Notes under the pieces: model-generated
The model's database searches: none
What the model saw: only the letters and a program-made list of their open reading frames with translations
What the model was told of the DNA's origin: nothing
Shown: one piece after another, positions 11,714 through 26,255 of the stretch
Position numbering within the stretch: position 1 is the stretch's first letter
Layout: the number at the start of each line of letters is the position of its first letter
Position numbers and translations under genes: made by a program
Source of the DNA: Basidiobolus meristosporus CBS 931.73
Lineage: Eukaryota > Fungi > Basidiobolomycota
DNA length: 64,000 nucleotides
Assembly (NCBI GenBank): GCA_002104905.1
Contig: MCFE01000222.1
Span: 59,402 to 123,401, forward strand
Reading direction: 5' to 3'

Positions 11714-14700
11714 TGTTGTAAAAATTTGTATTTTCCACCTAAATATTCACCTAACTTAGTCACTTAGATCATCACCTTCAAATCCTAGAGAATACTGACC
11801 AAATTCCTTGTCGGGATTTACTTAGAATATTTTCGCCAAAATACCAGGTACCCAGAACATGAAAATTCTCAAAGTTGTCCAAACAGCCCCAAACTTTGCA
11901 CACATGTTCTTGGGACCTTCCTTAACCTATTCTATGTGTTTGTAATGCCAAGACCATGTAAAAGTATAAATACTACTTTTACATTCAATAAATCATTAAG
12001 TGAAAACCACATAATCTACTTGTTCTCCAAATCACTTCCAATATCTCCAAGACTCTTACAACAGGTTATGAGCCCCGAGCTGTCACTCTCTGCAATGTCT
12101 ACTACTGCTATTACTGGAATTTTTCCCTCTGCTGAAAAGTTGGATGGATCTAACTACCAAGTGTGGAAGGTGAAGATGAAGATGCTGCTGCAAGAAAGAG
12201 GCCTTTGGGATATTGTCATGGGAGAAGAATGCCCTCCTAAAAACGTGGGAGAGGAAGCCTTAAAGTACCAGAAGAAAGAACAAAGTGCCTTTAACTGCAT
12301 TTGCCTTAATGTCAAGGACAAATTGCTAATTCAATGCTCAAGAGCAAAAACGGCAAAGAATGCCTGGAAGGCATTAGAAGACACCTACCAGTCATGTTCA
12401 GCTGCCAAGAAAATGTATCTGAGACGGAAATTCTTTACTACAAAGATGCTGCCAGGAGAAGAAATGAAAAATCTAATTAACAGAATTACCCTGCTGGTAG
12501 ATGAGATGGAATCTGTGGGCGTACCAACTACTGATGAGGATGTGATAGTTACCATCCTGAATAGCCTGACAGACGAGTTTCAGGGCCTTGTATCAGCCCT
12601 AGAGTCCAGAACTGAAGATTTGACCTTAAATTACATATATGGAAGGCTCCTGGATGAAGAATTAAGAAAATCAAGCGCCAATAAGAAGGAAGAAGAAAAT
12701 GCTTTAATAAGCAATGATAACCAACAAAGGAGGTACCCAAGACCCTACAAAGGCAACAGCAACCTATTTTGCAACTACTGCAAAAGGAAAGGACACACAT
12801 CAGACCGGTGTTTCAAAAAGAGAGATTATCAGCAAAAGAAGCCTGAATATGGAAATGCTGCAACAACTGAAGATAGACTATTCATATCTGCACTAAATAT
12901 GACCACAAACAAGGATTCTCAGACGTGGTATATTGACTCTGGAGCTTCTCAACACTTTACACACCAAAAAGAACTTTTTACCCAATATCAAGAAATTCCA
13001 ATTAAGAAGGTTTTCATGGGTGACGATAGAACACTTGATGCAGTGGGAGAAGGAACTATTGAAGTAAACCTTAGAAGCAGTGAAGGAAGCCATACACTGA
13101 CCTTTAAAGAAGTACTCTATGTACCAGAAATAGCCAAGAACCTACTCTCTGTAAGCAAGGCCACAGCAGAAGGACTCAGTTTCAGTTTTGACAATTCTGG
13201 ATGCAGGATCACTGATCAAAATGGTGCTCATATTGCTTCGGGCATCAGAGATCAGAACCTATACAAGTTGACTTATATTCCATCATATCTGGAAGCCAAT
13301 ATAAGTAACTTAAATGAAGAAACACCAATGCTTTGGCACAGGAGATTTGGACACATCAATTTTGATTATTTGCGTAAAATGATCAAAGATCAGCTAATTT
13401 CTGGAGTGAAAATTGATCCCCCAGCTAATTTGGAGCACTGTGAAGCCTGCATATATGGGAAACAAGCCAGACAACCGTTCAAGAGCTCTGGGTTAATCAA
13501 AACTAAGAAAAAATTAGATCTAATTCACTCAGATCTGTGTGGACCTATGCAAAATTTATCCTTAGGCGGGATGAAGTATTTAATCACTTTTATTGATGAT
13601 TATACAAGATACACATGGGCCTACTTCATGGAGAGAAAGGAAGAAGCTCTGTCTAAGCTCAGGGAGTTTAAAGCCATGGTGGAGAGAGAAACTGGTGAAA
13701 AAATCAAGAAAATACGCTCTGACAATGGTGGAGAATATACCTCAAAACTCTTCATCCACTTCTGCAAAATTCATGGGATAAAGCAAGAGACTACTGTACC
13801 ATACTCCCCACAGCAAAATGGAGTAGCAGAACGAGCTAACAGATCAATAATTGATATGGCAAGATCTATGATCCATGATCAAAAATTATCCTATGATTTT
13901 TGGGCGGAATCAGTTGCCACTGCTGTATATCTTAAAAATAGGAGTTATAACAGAATACTTCGTGATTCTACTCCATTTGAAGCATGGTATGGATACAGAC
14001 CAAGTGCAGAACATCTAAGAATATTTGGGTTTACAGCATATGCCAAAAAACTGGCCGGAAATCAGTCAAAATTTGAGCCAAAAAGTGTAAAATGCATATT
14101 TTTGGGCTACTGCAATGAGAGTAAGGCATACAGACTCTACAATACCGAAGCAAAGAAGCTGATCAAGTCCAGGGATGTGTTGTTTGATGAAAATTCAAAA
14201 TTTTCACAAAAAATGACATCAGATGATGACGAAAATTTGATCTCGAGTCCACCAATTGTCAGGATTGAATCAGAGCAAAACAATGAAAATTTTTTCACTC
14301 CAGAGGACTCTACAACCGTGGTTCATCCAGAATCAGTGCCCAGGAATATCCCAGAAGTGATCATTCCAGTATCAAATGCCCGGAGATCTAATCGGACAAG
14401 AAATAGCCCAAATTACTATATCAATGAGGGTACAAACTTAGCCTATGCCTATTCAGTCCATGTTGATGAACCCCAGACTGTAAAAGAGGCCCTAAATAGC
14501 CCTCAGACAAAGTTTTGGAGATCTGCAATGACTGAGGAATATCAGGCACTGATGGAAAATCAAACTTGGGACTTAGTCAAATTACCAATCAACCAAAAAT
14601 CAATTGGATGCAGATGGGTCTTCAAGACAAAATACAAGGCTGATGGTACAATTGAAAGATACAAAGCAAGACTTGTAGCCAAAGGATACTCTCAAACAAA

Positions 14701-16400
14701 AGGACTTGACTATACTGAGACCTTTGCACCGGTAGCCAAGTTTAATTCCATCAGATTAATATTGGCTATTGCAGCCAAATATAAGTTTTTTATTCATCAA
14801 ATGGATGTAAAAACTGCATTTTTGAATGGAGAACTTGATGAGGACGTGTATATGGACCAGCCTGATGGGTTTGTTGACCAAGATAACCCCCATTTGGTCT
14901 GCAAGCTTAAAAAGTCACTATATGGTCTCAAACAATCACCGAGAGCCTGGAATTGCAAGATAGATTCTTATTTGGAATTTTTGAGTTTCAAAAGGAGTAA
15001 TGCTGACTATAGTATATACTATAAGCCAGATAGAGCAAATCCAGTTCTATTAGCTCTATATGTGGATTATCTTATTATAGCCGCCAATAACCTAGAAACA
15101 TTGGAAGAGACTAAATCCAGCCTATCTAAGGAGTTCAAGATGTCTGATCTAGGAGAACTTAGTTACTACTTAGGGATTAAGTTCTCCATAGACAGAAGTA
15201 CCCAGACTATTACCCTAAGCCAATCCAAGTATATTCAAGATATACTAAAGAAGTACAAAATGGAAGACTGTAAACCGGCAGCTACCCCAATGGAGACAAA
15301 CTTTAACTTAGTCAAAACTCAACCAAATCAAGAGAGCTTGGTGCCATCTGAAAGCCCTGACTTTCCTTATCAATCTATGGTCGGCAGTCTGATGTATATC
15401 ATGCTTGGAACACGTCCAGATATCTCATATTCAGTGGGAGTTGTCAGCCAACATAATCAGAATTATGGATCTGATCATATTGCAGCAGTTAAGCGGATTT
15501 TTAGATACCTAAAAGGAACTGCTGATATCTGCTTAAGATACACTTATAAGGACTCAGAACAAGATCTTGTGGGATACTCTGATGCAGATTGGGGACGAAA
15601 TTTAGAAGACAGAAGATCCACCACAGGATACACCTTTCTTTACTGTCAAGGAGCAATTTCATGGAATTCAAGAAAGCAACCAACCGTAGCACTTTCTACT
15701 ACAGAGGCAGAGTATATGGCAGCCTGTGAAGCTACAAAAGAAGCAATGTGGTTAAGAAAGCTCTTTACAGATTTAGGCCTATGTCAAAAAATGCCTATTA
15801 CTTTATTTCAAGATAATCAAGGATGTATACAATTAGGTAGAAATCCAACTTTTCATGCTAGAACCAAGCACATAGATATTAGACATCATTTCATACGTGA
15901 AGCTATAGAGAATAACTTAGTTAGCTTAGTTTACTGTCCTACAGATGAAATGATTGCAGACATATTTACCAAACCATTAGCTAGAGACAAGTTTGAATAT
16001 CTTAGGTCAAAATTAGGACTAGTCAGTATGAACATTTAGCTGAGTGGGAGTGTTGTAAAAATTTGTATTTTCCACCTAAATATTCACCTAACTTAGTCAC
16101 TTAGATCATCACCTTCAAATCCTAGAGAATACTGACCAAATTCCTTGTTGGGATTTACTTAGAATATTTTCACCAAAATACCAGGTACCCAGAACATGAA
16201 AATTCTCAAAGTTGTCCAAACAGCCCCAAACTTTGCACACATGTTCTTGGGACCTTCCTTAACCTATTCTACGTGTTTGTAATGCCAAGACCATGTAAAA
16301 GTATAAATACTACTTTTACATTCAATAAATCATTAAGTGAAAACCACATAATCTACTTGTTCTCCAAATCACTTCCAATATCTCCAAGACTCTTACAACA
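11714..16400 (+). mobile_element. full-length Ty1/copia retrotransposon (Hemivirus-type PBS)
   Basis: 350-bp LTRs at 11714-12063 and 16051-16400 (3 mismatches), 5-bp TSD GTTTG, PBS GGTTATGAGCCC (internal tRNA-iMet priming as in Ty5/copia), PPT before 16051. Confidence 0.97.
12068..16039 (+). CDS. copia gag-pol polyprotein (gag, CCHC, protease, GAG-pre-integrase, integrase, RT, RNase H); RT motif reads YVDY
   Basis: [92 protein letters not shown]. Start is ATG 12068 or 12095; the ORF-track start at 11936 lies inside the LTR. Confidence 0.93.
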   Translation: MSPELSLSAMSTTAITGIFPSAEKLDGSNYQVWKVKMKMLLQERGLWDIVMGEECPPKNVGEEALKYQKKEQSAFNCICLNVKDKLLIQCSRAKTAKNAWKALEDTYQSCSAAKKMYLRRKFFTTKMLPGEEMKNLINRITLLVDEMESVGVPTTDEDVIVTILNSLTDEFQGLVSALESRTEDLTLNYIYGRLLDEELRKSSANKKEEENALISNDNQQRRYPRPYKGNSNLFCNYCKRKGHTSDRCFKKRDYQQKKPEYGNAATTEDRLFISALNMTTNKDSQTWYIDSGASQHFTHQKELFTQYQEIPIKKVFMGDDRTLDAVGEGTIEVNLRSSEGSHTLTFKEVLYVPEIAKNLLSVSKATAEGLSFSFDNSGCRITDQNGAHIASGIRDQNLYKLTYIPSYLEANISNLNEETPMLWHRRFGHINFDYLRKMIKDQLISGVKIDPPANLEHCEACIYGKQARQPFKSSGLIKTKKKLDLIHSDLCGPMQNLSLGGMKYLITFIDDYTRYTWAYFMERKEEALSKLREFKAMVERETGEKIKKIRSDNGGEYTSKLFIHFCKIHGIKQETTVPYSPQQNGVAERANRSIIDMARSMIHDQKLSYDFWAESVATAVYLKNRSYNRILRDSTPFEAWYGYRPSAEHLRIFGFTAYAKKLAGNQSKFEPKSVKCIFLGYCNESKAYRLYNTEAKKLIKSRDVLFDENSKFSQKMTSDDDENLISSPPIVRIESEQNNENFFTPEDSTTVVHPESVPRNIPEVIIPVSNARRSNRTRNSPNYYINEGTNLAYAYSVHVDEPQTVKEALNSPQTKFWRSAMTEEYQALMENQTWDLVKLPINQKSIGCRWVFKTKYKADGTIERYKARLVAKGYSQTKGLDYTETFAPVAKFNSIRLILAIAAKYKFFIHQMDVKTAFLNGELDEDVYMDQPDGFVDQDNPHLVCKLKKSLYGLKQSPRAWNCKIDSYLEFLSFKRSNADYSIYYKPDRANPVLLALYVDYLIIAANNLETLEETKSSLSKEFKMSDLGELSYYLGIKFSIDRSTQTITLSQSKYIQDILKKYKMEDCKPAATPMETNFNLVKTQPNQESLVPSESPDFPYQSMVGSLMYIMLGTRPDISYSVGVVSQHNQNYGSDHIAAVKRIFRYLKGTADICLRYTYKDSEQDLVGYSDADWGRNLEDRRSTTGYTFLYCQGAISWNSRKQPTVALSTTEAEYMAACEATKEAMWLRKLFTDLGLCQKMPITLFQDNQGCIQLGRNPTFHARTKHIDIRHHFIREAIENNLVSLVYCPTDEMIADIFTKPLARDKFEYLRSKLGLVSMNI

Positions 16401-16575
16401 GTTTGTGGTCATACTTAGTGCAGATATGAATGGTCTATCTTCAGCTGTTTTAGTATTCCCAGATTCAGGTGTTTTCTGCTGACTATCTTTCTTTTGGAAG
16501 CACCAGTCTAATGTGTTTCCCTTCCATTTGCAGTAGTTGAAAACCAGGTTCCTGTTGCTTTTAAAGGGTCTTGAG

Positions 16576-17106
16576 TGTTGCAAGAGTCTTGGAGATGCTG
16601 GAAGTGATTGGGAGAATAAGTAGATTATGTGGTTTTCACTTGATTTATTGAATGTAAAAGTAGTATTTATACTTTTCATGGTCTTGGAGCTACAAACATG
16701 CGGAATAGGTTTAGGAAGGTCCCAAGAATAGATGTGTAATGATTGGGGCTGTTTGGATAACTTGGAGAACTTTCATGTTCTGAGTACCTGATATTTTGGT
16801 GAGAATATTCCAAATAAATCCCAACAAGGATTTTGGTTAGTATTCTCTAGGATTTGAAGGTATTGATCTAAGTAACTAAGTTAGGTGAATATTTAGGTGG
16901 AATTACAAACTTTTACAACACCAAGAACATGTGTTCAAAGTTTGAAGGTTTTTGGACAGCTTTGAGAGATTTCATGTTTTGGGTACCTGACATTTTAGTG
17001 AAAATATTCCAAATAAATCTCAACAAGGAATTAGGTCAGGATTCTTGATGATTTTTAGGTAATGATCTAAGTGACTAAGTTAGGTGGAATTACGAAATTT
17101 AAAACA
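16576..17106 (-). repeat. solo copia LTR (16576-16920) plus partial LTR (16921-17106), same family
   Basis: Reverse-complement match to the 11714 LTR, TGTTG...CAACA ends. Confidence 0.85.
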
Positions 17107-18301
17107 CCATTCCTATCTAAAGCCTCGTGGTAAACGCCACATGCACCATACGGACCCACAGTATCCGCTTCATGTAAGGATTATGGGGCCTGGTTGCCTG
17201 CATCCACTTAGCTTATGAACAGGACAAAGATCAAGGTTGTGAGTGGGGGAGGATGCCATTTTGAAGGCCATGGTGAAAAGGAAGGCAAGCCAGCCAAAAA
17301 AATCCAAAACAAAATTGGGATATAATCAGCACGGAGATCGTGAGGAATGGCTCAAAAATCATCTCTCGATCCGTCATCAATGGGATAGGGATTCATCATT
17401 ACAAGACATCTTTTGGTTTCTTAAGAATTCCATCCGATATTTATGGAGAGGAAAATTCCTCGAGGACGTCGGACCAATCGGCATCTCCGGATAAATGGGA
17501 ATCCTCCTAATCGAAATGAAGCCCACCAATTTCCAGGGATTTCGATTTTCAGAATGTGTGGGTGGTGTGGGTTGCAGAGGCCCAAATCATGATCCATCTG
17601 CTGGTGGTAATGATGGTTACTGGAGATCATTAATTGCTTAGCCAAATTAGTCCACTTTCCACGCAACGAATTTGGATAATTTTGGGTAAGGCACACCATG
17701 TTAGGCAAGCGCAATTACCGATGGTGAGGCTTGCCTACACACGATGCAAGGTATATGCGAAGCAAACCAGAAGTCAGGTTGAAATGAACCATCGTAATTC
17801 CCCCCCCCATTGAAGCCAATCATAAATTCCCGTGGGTAAGGGGAGGCTGGGGAGTTCAAGTGGGCTCATTGGTCTGGTCTGGGCATGGATCACACCTCGA
17901 GTGCTATTATCCACAGCCATCAAACCGGATTTTCATCTGGCTCTCCTCATCACTCGTCCCTCTCACGTAGGTACCCTTATCACTTGGTCAATAGAGCCCT
18001 CGTTGCGACCGGCCACCGTCTCAACCTCCCTCGAAAACCCAGCGTTACTCTTATCCGCCATATCGACACGTACTTTGTGGAAAACCGCTTCTCAACGTCA
18101 GCTTGTACCGCCTTCTAATCCGGTCATTCAATCCGACAGAAACCCTCTCCACAAAGTCATCTCCCACACCCACCCGACCCTAAACCGAGCCCACTCCTCT
18201 TGAAGTCCACCCTGGCCAAATCCCCACAACCAAACCTGACCCACATCTCCGACTCCCGTTGATATCCCACCTAGGCAACGTGACCCCTCCCGCACTTCAC
18301 C

Positions 18302-20610
<2,309 letters not shown>

Positions 20611-20785
20611 TAGTTTGCTCGTTCACTATCGGATAGTACATTTAATTCAGGGAAATCAATAAAACCAAAACATGCACCAGTTCCTACTACTACTAGGCTA
20701 TCCTTAGTTTAGAAAATCTACTAGACAGCCCACCGTGATGCGAGCACGAGATGGGCGGGACAGAATGGGCCACCACTGCGCAGGC

Positions 20786-21052
20786 TTAACGAAGACGTCT
20801 GGCCTCACGCTCGGATTCCATCAAGACCAGGATGTCGTTCTCACGGACGGGGCCCTTGACGTTACGGATGATGGAGCGGGAGGTGTCGTCCATGAACTCG
20901 ACGCGGACTTGGGTCACACCACCACGGGAGCCGGTACGGCCGAGAACCTTGATGACTTTGGCGTGCTTGACGGGGGCTTGCTTTTCCTACGAAGGCCGGG
21001 CACAAGGTCAGTTGGGTCGAGGTGCGGTGAGCGATGGATGGATACGTACCAT
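20786..21052 (-). CDS. RPS28: 40S ribosomal protein S28e (exon 1 is ATG only, 21050-21052; exon 2 20786-20986)
   Basis: [67 protein letters not shown] after removing a GTACGT...TAG intron. Confidence 0.95.
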
Positions 21053-21337
21053 AGTTACGACAGACTGAGGAATCGACGAGAAAGGGGGAGTGACTTCCCT
21101 CGCAACACATACTTAATGTTTCCGACCGATCTGACGTCATGGAAAATTTTCGCGAGAAGAAAAAAATCGCGGCCCATCGACGGTGCGTTCGGGGGGGTTT
21201 TTTTCGAGGCGGTGGATGGCCAACCAGGATGGAGCAAAATGGGGTGGTTCGATTTAGTGACCTTGATGACTTAAAAGTCTTCGGGGCCACCGGGTGGTTC
21301 TTTCTTTCCTCTTGGTTATCTTTTTGATTTGCCCAAC

Positions 21338-22208
21338 ATGGTATGTGTCGCTGAGTGTATGATGGATGGATCGGAAGTGAGCCGCGTGATATTGATCTGT
21401 TTTCCTTGTTGATTAGGCTCGCGGACCCAAGAAGCACTTGAAGCGTCTCAATGCTCCCAAGCATTGGATGTTGGATAAATTGACCGGCACCTATGCTCCC
21501 AGACCCTCTGCCGGTCCCCACAAGCTCCGTGAATGCTTACCCTTGGTGATCTTTTTGAGAAACCGTCTCAAGTACGCTCTTACCAAGAAGGAGGTTCAAA
21601 GCATCCTTATGCAACGTCTCGTCAAGGTCGACGGTAAGGTCAGAACCGACACCACCTATCCTTCTGGCTTCATGGATGTCATCTCCATTGAACAAACCGG
21701 AGAGCACTTCCGCCTCGTCTACGATACCAAGGGACGTTTCACCGTCCACCGTATCTCTGCCGAGGAGGCTGGCTACAAATTGTGCAAGGTCAAGAAGGTT
21801 CAGATCGGTGCCAAGGGTATTCCTTTCGTCATCACCCACGATGGCCGTACCCTCCGCTACCCCGATCCCCTTGTCAAGGCCAACGACACCGTCAAGCTCG
21901 ACCTCGAGACTGGCAAGATGACCGAGTTCATCAAGTTCGACATCGGTAACGTCGCCATGATCACCGGTGGACGTAACATGGGTCGTGTCGGTGTCATCAC
22001 TCACCGTGAGAAGCACCACGGTGGCTTCGACATCGTCCACGTCAAGGATGTCTTGGACCGTCAATTCGCTACCCGTCTATCCAACGTCTTCGTTATTGGA
22101 GAGAGCAACAAGCCCTGGATTAGCTTGCCTAAGAACAAGGGTGTCAAGCTTACCATCACCGAAGAGCGTGATCGTAGAAGAGAAAGACAATTGGCTGGCT
22201 CTGCCTAA
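21338..22208 (+). CDS. RPS4: 40S ribosomal protein S4e (exon 1 is ATG only, 21338-21340; exon 2 from 21417)
   Basis: [23 protein letters not shown]...; intron GTATGT...TAG at 21341-21416. Confidence 0.97.
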
Positions 22209-22634
22209 TTTACTCCACATTTCGAGCAATAAAGAGACGTTTTACATTGTTTCCCAAAGTTTTTTCCTACGAAAGATGCGTGGTTTTGATTGATTTAGGG
22301 AGGGGTGGCTGGCGTGCTGGCGTGATGAAAAGAAATCATGTTTGAAAGTCGGTGGAAAATTTTCATGGGGAATCTTGATTAAATCTATGCCGGAAGTATG
22401 TTTTGTTGTACGCATTACGAAGCCATTTGTTTTGTTTACAATTCTATGAGTGCTCTGGCTGAGAACCATGATTCGTCCACCAATGATTTGTTGACATTCC
22501 AGTACAAACAACAGTGAATGTTTGGGCATTTTTGTGACTGATATTTGAAAACACATCGATATCTACCATTTCTCTGTATCCGCTGACCGTTCTCTTTAGA
22601 TAGCTCTCAGTGTTGTAAATTATTCCTTTCAAAA

Positions 22635-25600
22635 ATGTCTAGCTTTTCAAATGCAAACGGTGTCTCTGGGCGCCGTTCGGCCGACCCTAATAACGGGCGT
22701 CGCTCTGTTGACGCTCAGAGACGTAGAGAAAGGATGGCCAAAGATCCCAGGCATCAAGATGCCGAGAAGGAGAGCAATATCCAGGTTGTCATCCGTTGTC
22801 GGTAGGTATTCCCTTAGGTCCACTTTGCGGCTGGACACATAACTCACCCCTATCGCACACAGTGGCCGCAACGAGAAGGAACTGAGAGAAAACTCCCCGT
22901 CAATCGTGCAGAGTAACAGTCTGCTTGGAACTGAGATTCACTTGTCCGCCGGCCCGTATGAAAAGACGGCTAAAAAATACACATTCGACAAAGTATTCGG
23001 CCCCGAGGCCACGCAGGAACATGTTTACGAGAACGTGGTGAAGTCTTTCCTTGAAGAGGTAGGCCACTTTCTCCATGCTCTACACTGACTGCTACATACT
23101 AAAGAATCCTTCATCGCATTGATTTTTGTCCATCAGGTGATCATGGGGTAAGTTGCTTGGCTTGATTTGTGGATTTTCACCAAACATGTTGGTAACCTCA
23201 TCTTCTCTACTCTTAGCTATAATTGTACTATATTCGCTTACGGCCAAACCGGTACCGGTAAGACATACACCATGGAGGGAAACCTCGAGGAGACCGACAA
23301 CACATTCTCGAAAGATGCCGGTATCATACCGCGTACTCTGCACCGGCTGTTCGAAAGATTAGAGTCGGAGACTGCCGAGTACTCGGTGAGACTCTCCTTC
23401 ATCGAGCTTTACAACGAAGAGTTGAAGGATTTGCTGACGGCTGACGAGGACTCCAAGCGACTGAAGATTTTCGAAGACATCACCAGAAGGGGGGCGATCG
23501 TTATTCACGGCTTGGAGGAATTCCTAGTAAACAATGCTATGGATGGGATCAAGCTCCTACAAAGAGGTTCCTTGAAACGAAAGATGGCCGCCACCAAATG
23601 CAACGACAAATCAAGTCGTTCCCACAGTGTTTTCTCCCTCACCGTTCATATCAAGGAGTCCACGCCAACCGGTGAAGAGCTCCTCAAAGTAGGCAAATTG
23701 AACCTTGTCGACTTGGCCGGTTCCGAGAATATCGGTCGCTCCGGTGCCGAAAATAAGCGTGCCAGAGAGGCCGGCATGATCAATCAAAGTTTACTTACTC
23801 TGGGAAGAGTGATCAACTCGCTCGTTGAAAAATCCCCTCACATCCCGTACAGAGAGAGCAAACTTACCCGTCTACTCCAAGACTCCCTAGGTGGCAAAAC
23901 GAAAACCTGTATCATCGCCACCGTCTCGCCAGCCAGACTCAACTACGAGGAAACTCAAAGCACTTTGGATTATGCCAGCAATGCCAAGAGCATCCGCAAT
24001 AAGCCTGAAGTCAATCAAAAGCTCACCAAGACTGCACTTATCAAGGAGTATGTGGACGAGATCGAGAGGCTCAAATCGGATCTTATGGCTTCCCGCGAGA
24101 AGAACGGGGTCTTTCTTACTTCCGACAACTACCAATCGCTCGTGGACGAAAACCAAAGCAACAAGGAGCTCGTAGAAGAGCTGAAAAAGAGCATGGATTC
24201 GATTCAGGAGCAGCTAACTCAGGTCACCGAGGAGTTTAAGCAAAAGATGGATCTGCTCAACAGCACTTCCGAACGTCTCGCATCGACGGAAAAGGAGTTG
24301 GAGGCCACATCCGAGTCACTTCAAGTCACTTCCCAGAACCTGGAGGTTACCAAGCAAACCCTGGAGGAGCAAATAGTTCTCACTGAGGCTCACATGGAGA
24401 CCGAAGAAATGCTGAACTCGCTAGCCAACGGCCTTGTGGCTACCCTGAAGAAGAGCGCCGAAGATTGTCAGAATCTGCATGCAAAGATTGACCGCAAAAG
24501 CGCCATCGAGATGGAGAACAGACGTCTTTTCAAAGAATTCCAGAGAGCTCTGACCTCACAATGCGAGGACCTGGAGGCCGAAATCCAGGAGTTCCAACAT
24601 GCCCAAACCATGTTTGTGGAATCTTGTATTAGCCATTTGAACGAATTTATGGGCAACAAGCTGGAGGAGCTTGTGCAGCATCAGTCATTTGTCGACGAGG
24701 CTAACCAGGCCATCTCCCAGCAAGCCGTAGAGGCTGAGGCCCTTGGCGAAAGCTTCAAAGAGGGGGTTGCAGCGCGCCACCAGGACACCTCCGATGCACA
24801 CACCGCTCTAAAGGCGTCCGTTCACAACCAAACGGCTGCGTTCCAAAAGACTGGCAGTGGACTGTTTGAAACCTTCCGACAGGAGTTGACCAAGTACCAC
24901 AGCGGATTTATGGCTTGGCAGCAAAAGATGGAAAAGAGCCATCAAAAGTCGACCAGCAACACCCAAACGCAGATGGAGAAGCAGAGCTCGCAGATCGCCA
25001 CGCTCAACCAAATCGTTCAGACCGAAGCTGAGCAAGAAATCCAGAGACTCCGCAAGCAGAACGAGGAATTATCCAAAGCCCTCGTATTGGAGCGGGAAAG
25101 AAACGACAAATCCAAGCAAGAGCTGCTCACCAATGTGGCGAGCATGATCAAACAGTATAGCTCCAAGCGTCACGAAACGCTCAAGTCCTCTCTTGGACAG
25201 GTAGAGGCTTCATTGACGAAGAATAGCTCAGTTCTTGACGCTTTCAAGACTCGAATCACCACCAAGGCCACCAAGGCTTCTGCGGAGATATCCAGCTTTG
25301 CCGCGAACCTGGATTCTTCGGCTCAGCAGATAGCCACCACGATTGACACCGAGTCCAAGCGAATGGAGTCCCATCACACCAGCAGCAGTGGGTTGATCGA
25401 CGAGGCCAGCAGCCGATTGATTTCATGTGTGGAGAACGCGCGGGATTCCACCGCGCGAAGCCTGAATTCGATGGAGGACACCAACCAACGGATGATGAAT
25501 GACTCCAACGAGTACCAGCAAAACCACCTGAAGGCCGCGCTGGATCTTCGCTCGGACTTTGTACAGAAGCTCAACGCGAGCAAGTCCGCCGACAACGAGC

Positions 25601-25875
25601 TGGAACGCACTCTCACCGAGAACAAGGCTGAGATGCAACGCGATTTCTCGGGGATCATCAGCGCCCTCGGGGATCTACGGGACTCCACCCAAGAGCACAT
25701 CACTCACACGAAGAGCACGCTCGAACGCTTCGTCGTCAAATGCGATAAATCCACCGGCTTGACTCCCAAGCGACGCAAGTACGAACACACGGACACTTGG
25801 TCGCTCACTCGTCCTCATCAGAACATCCTGGAAGAGCTGAGACAGACCGCACGTGTCTCCTCCTCAGCACAGTAG
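22635..25875 (+). CDS. bimC: kinesin-5 (BimC/Kip1/Cut7 family), introns in the motor domain
   Basis: NIQVVIRCR, YTFDKVFGP, AYGQTGTGKTYTM, SSRSHSVF, LVDLAGSENIGRSGA, HIPYRESKLTRLLQDSLGG, long coiled coil, BimC-box-like TGLTPKRRKY. Confidence 0.93.
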
Positions 25876-26255
25876 TGTCTCTACCCTTCCCTTCCCTTCC
25901 CTTCCTCCTGCAACCCTTACTTCAAGTCACAAAGTGCTGGTCATTAAAAACGGGTATTCTTCAACACGACGCTGTACAGATATGTACCAAGCTGACAACA
26001 AACCCACATCATCCACATTCCCCCTACAGTCGAGGGTGGTAATAGCAACGGTGACGGTTTTATTTATATTTGTGTTTAAGGTTGTGATCGTGGTTTTGGT
26101 ATTGGAAATTGTAATGGGAATGGGAATGGTGATGGTAGTGATTAATGTACTGAAGTAATGTGGTTGGACAACCAGGGAACGCAAAAATGCTTGAAGGCAT
26201 TCCTGGAGAGAACGAAAGCAAAATTACACGAATGGGGGGTTATCTGGCGGATCCA

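Larger units (their letters stand above)
11607..16575 (-). mobile_element. older copia gag/protease fragment (11607-11713 and 16401-16575) split by the full-length copia
   Basis: Both pieces match the gag-protease junction of the full-length element (12740-12970 region) in reverse orientation and are contiguous across the GTTTG TSD. Confidence 0.75.

Noticed and set aside
17702-17739. Hairpin TAGGCAAGC...GCTTGCCTA upstream of STE20
   Set aside because: A single 9-bp stem with no recognisable ncRNA or TE context; expected by chance in 64 kb.
26040-26160. Low-complexity GT-rich stretch giving Ile/Thr or Val-rich ORFs
   Set aside because: Lies between two convergent stop codons; simple-sequence 3' UTR with no coding evidence.
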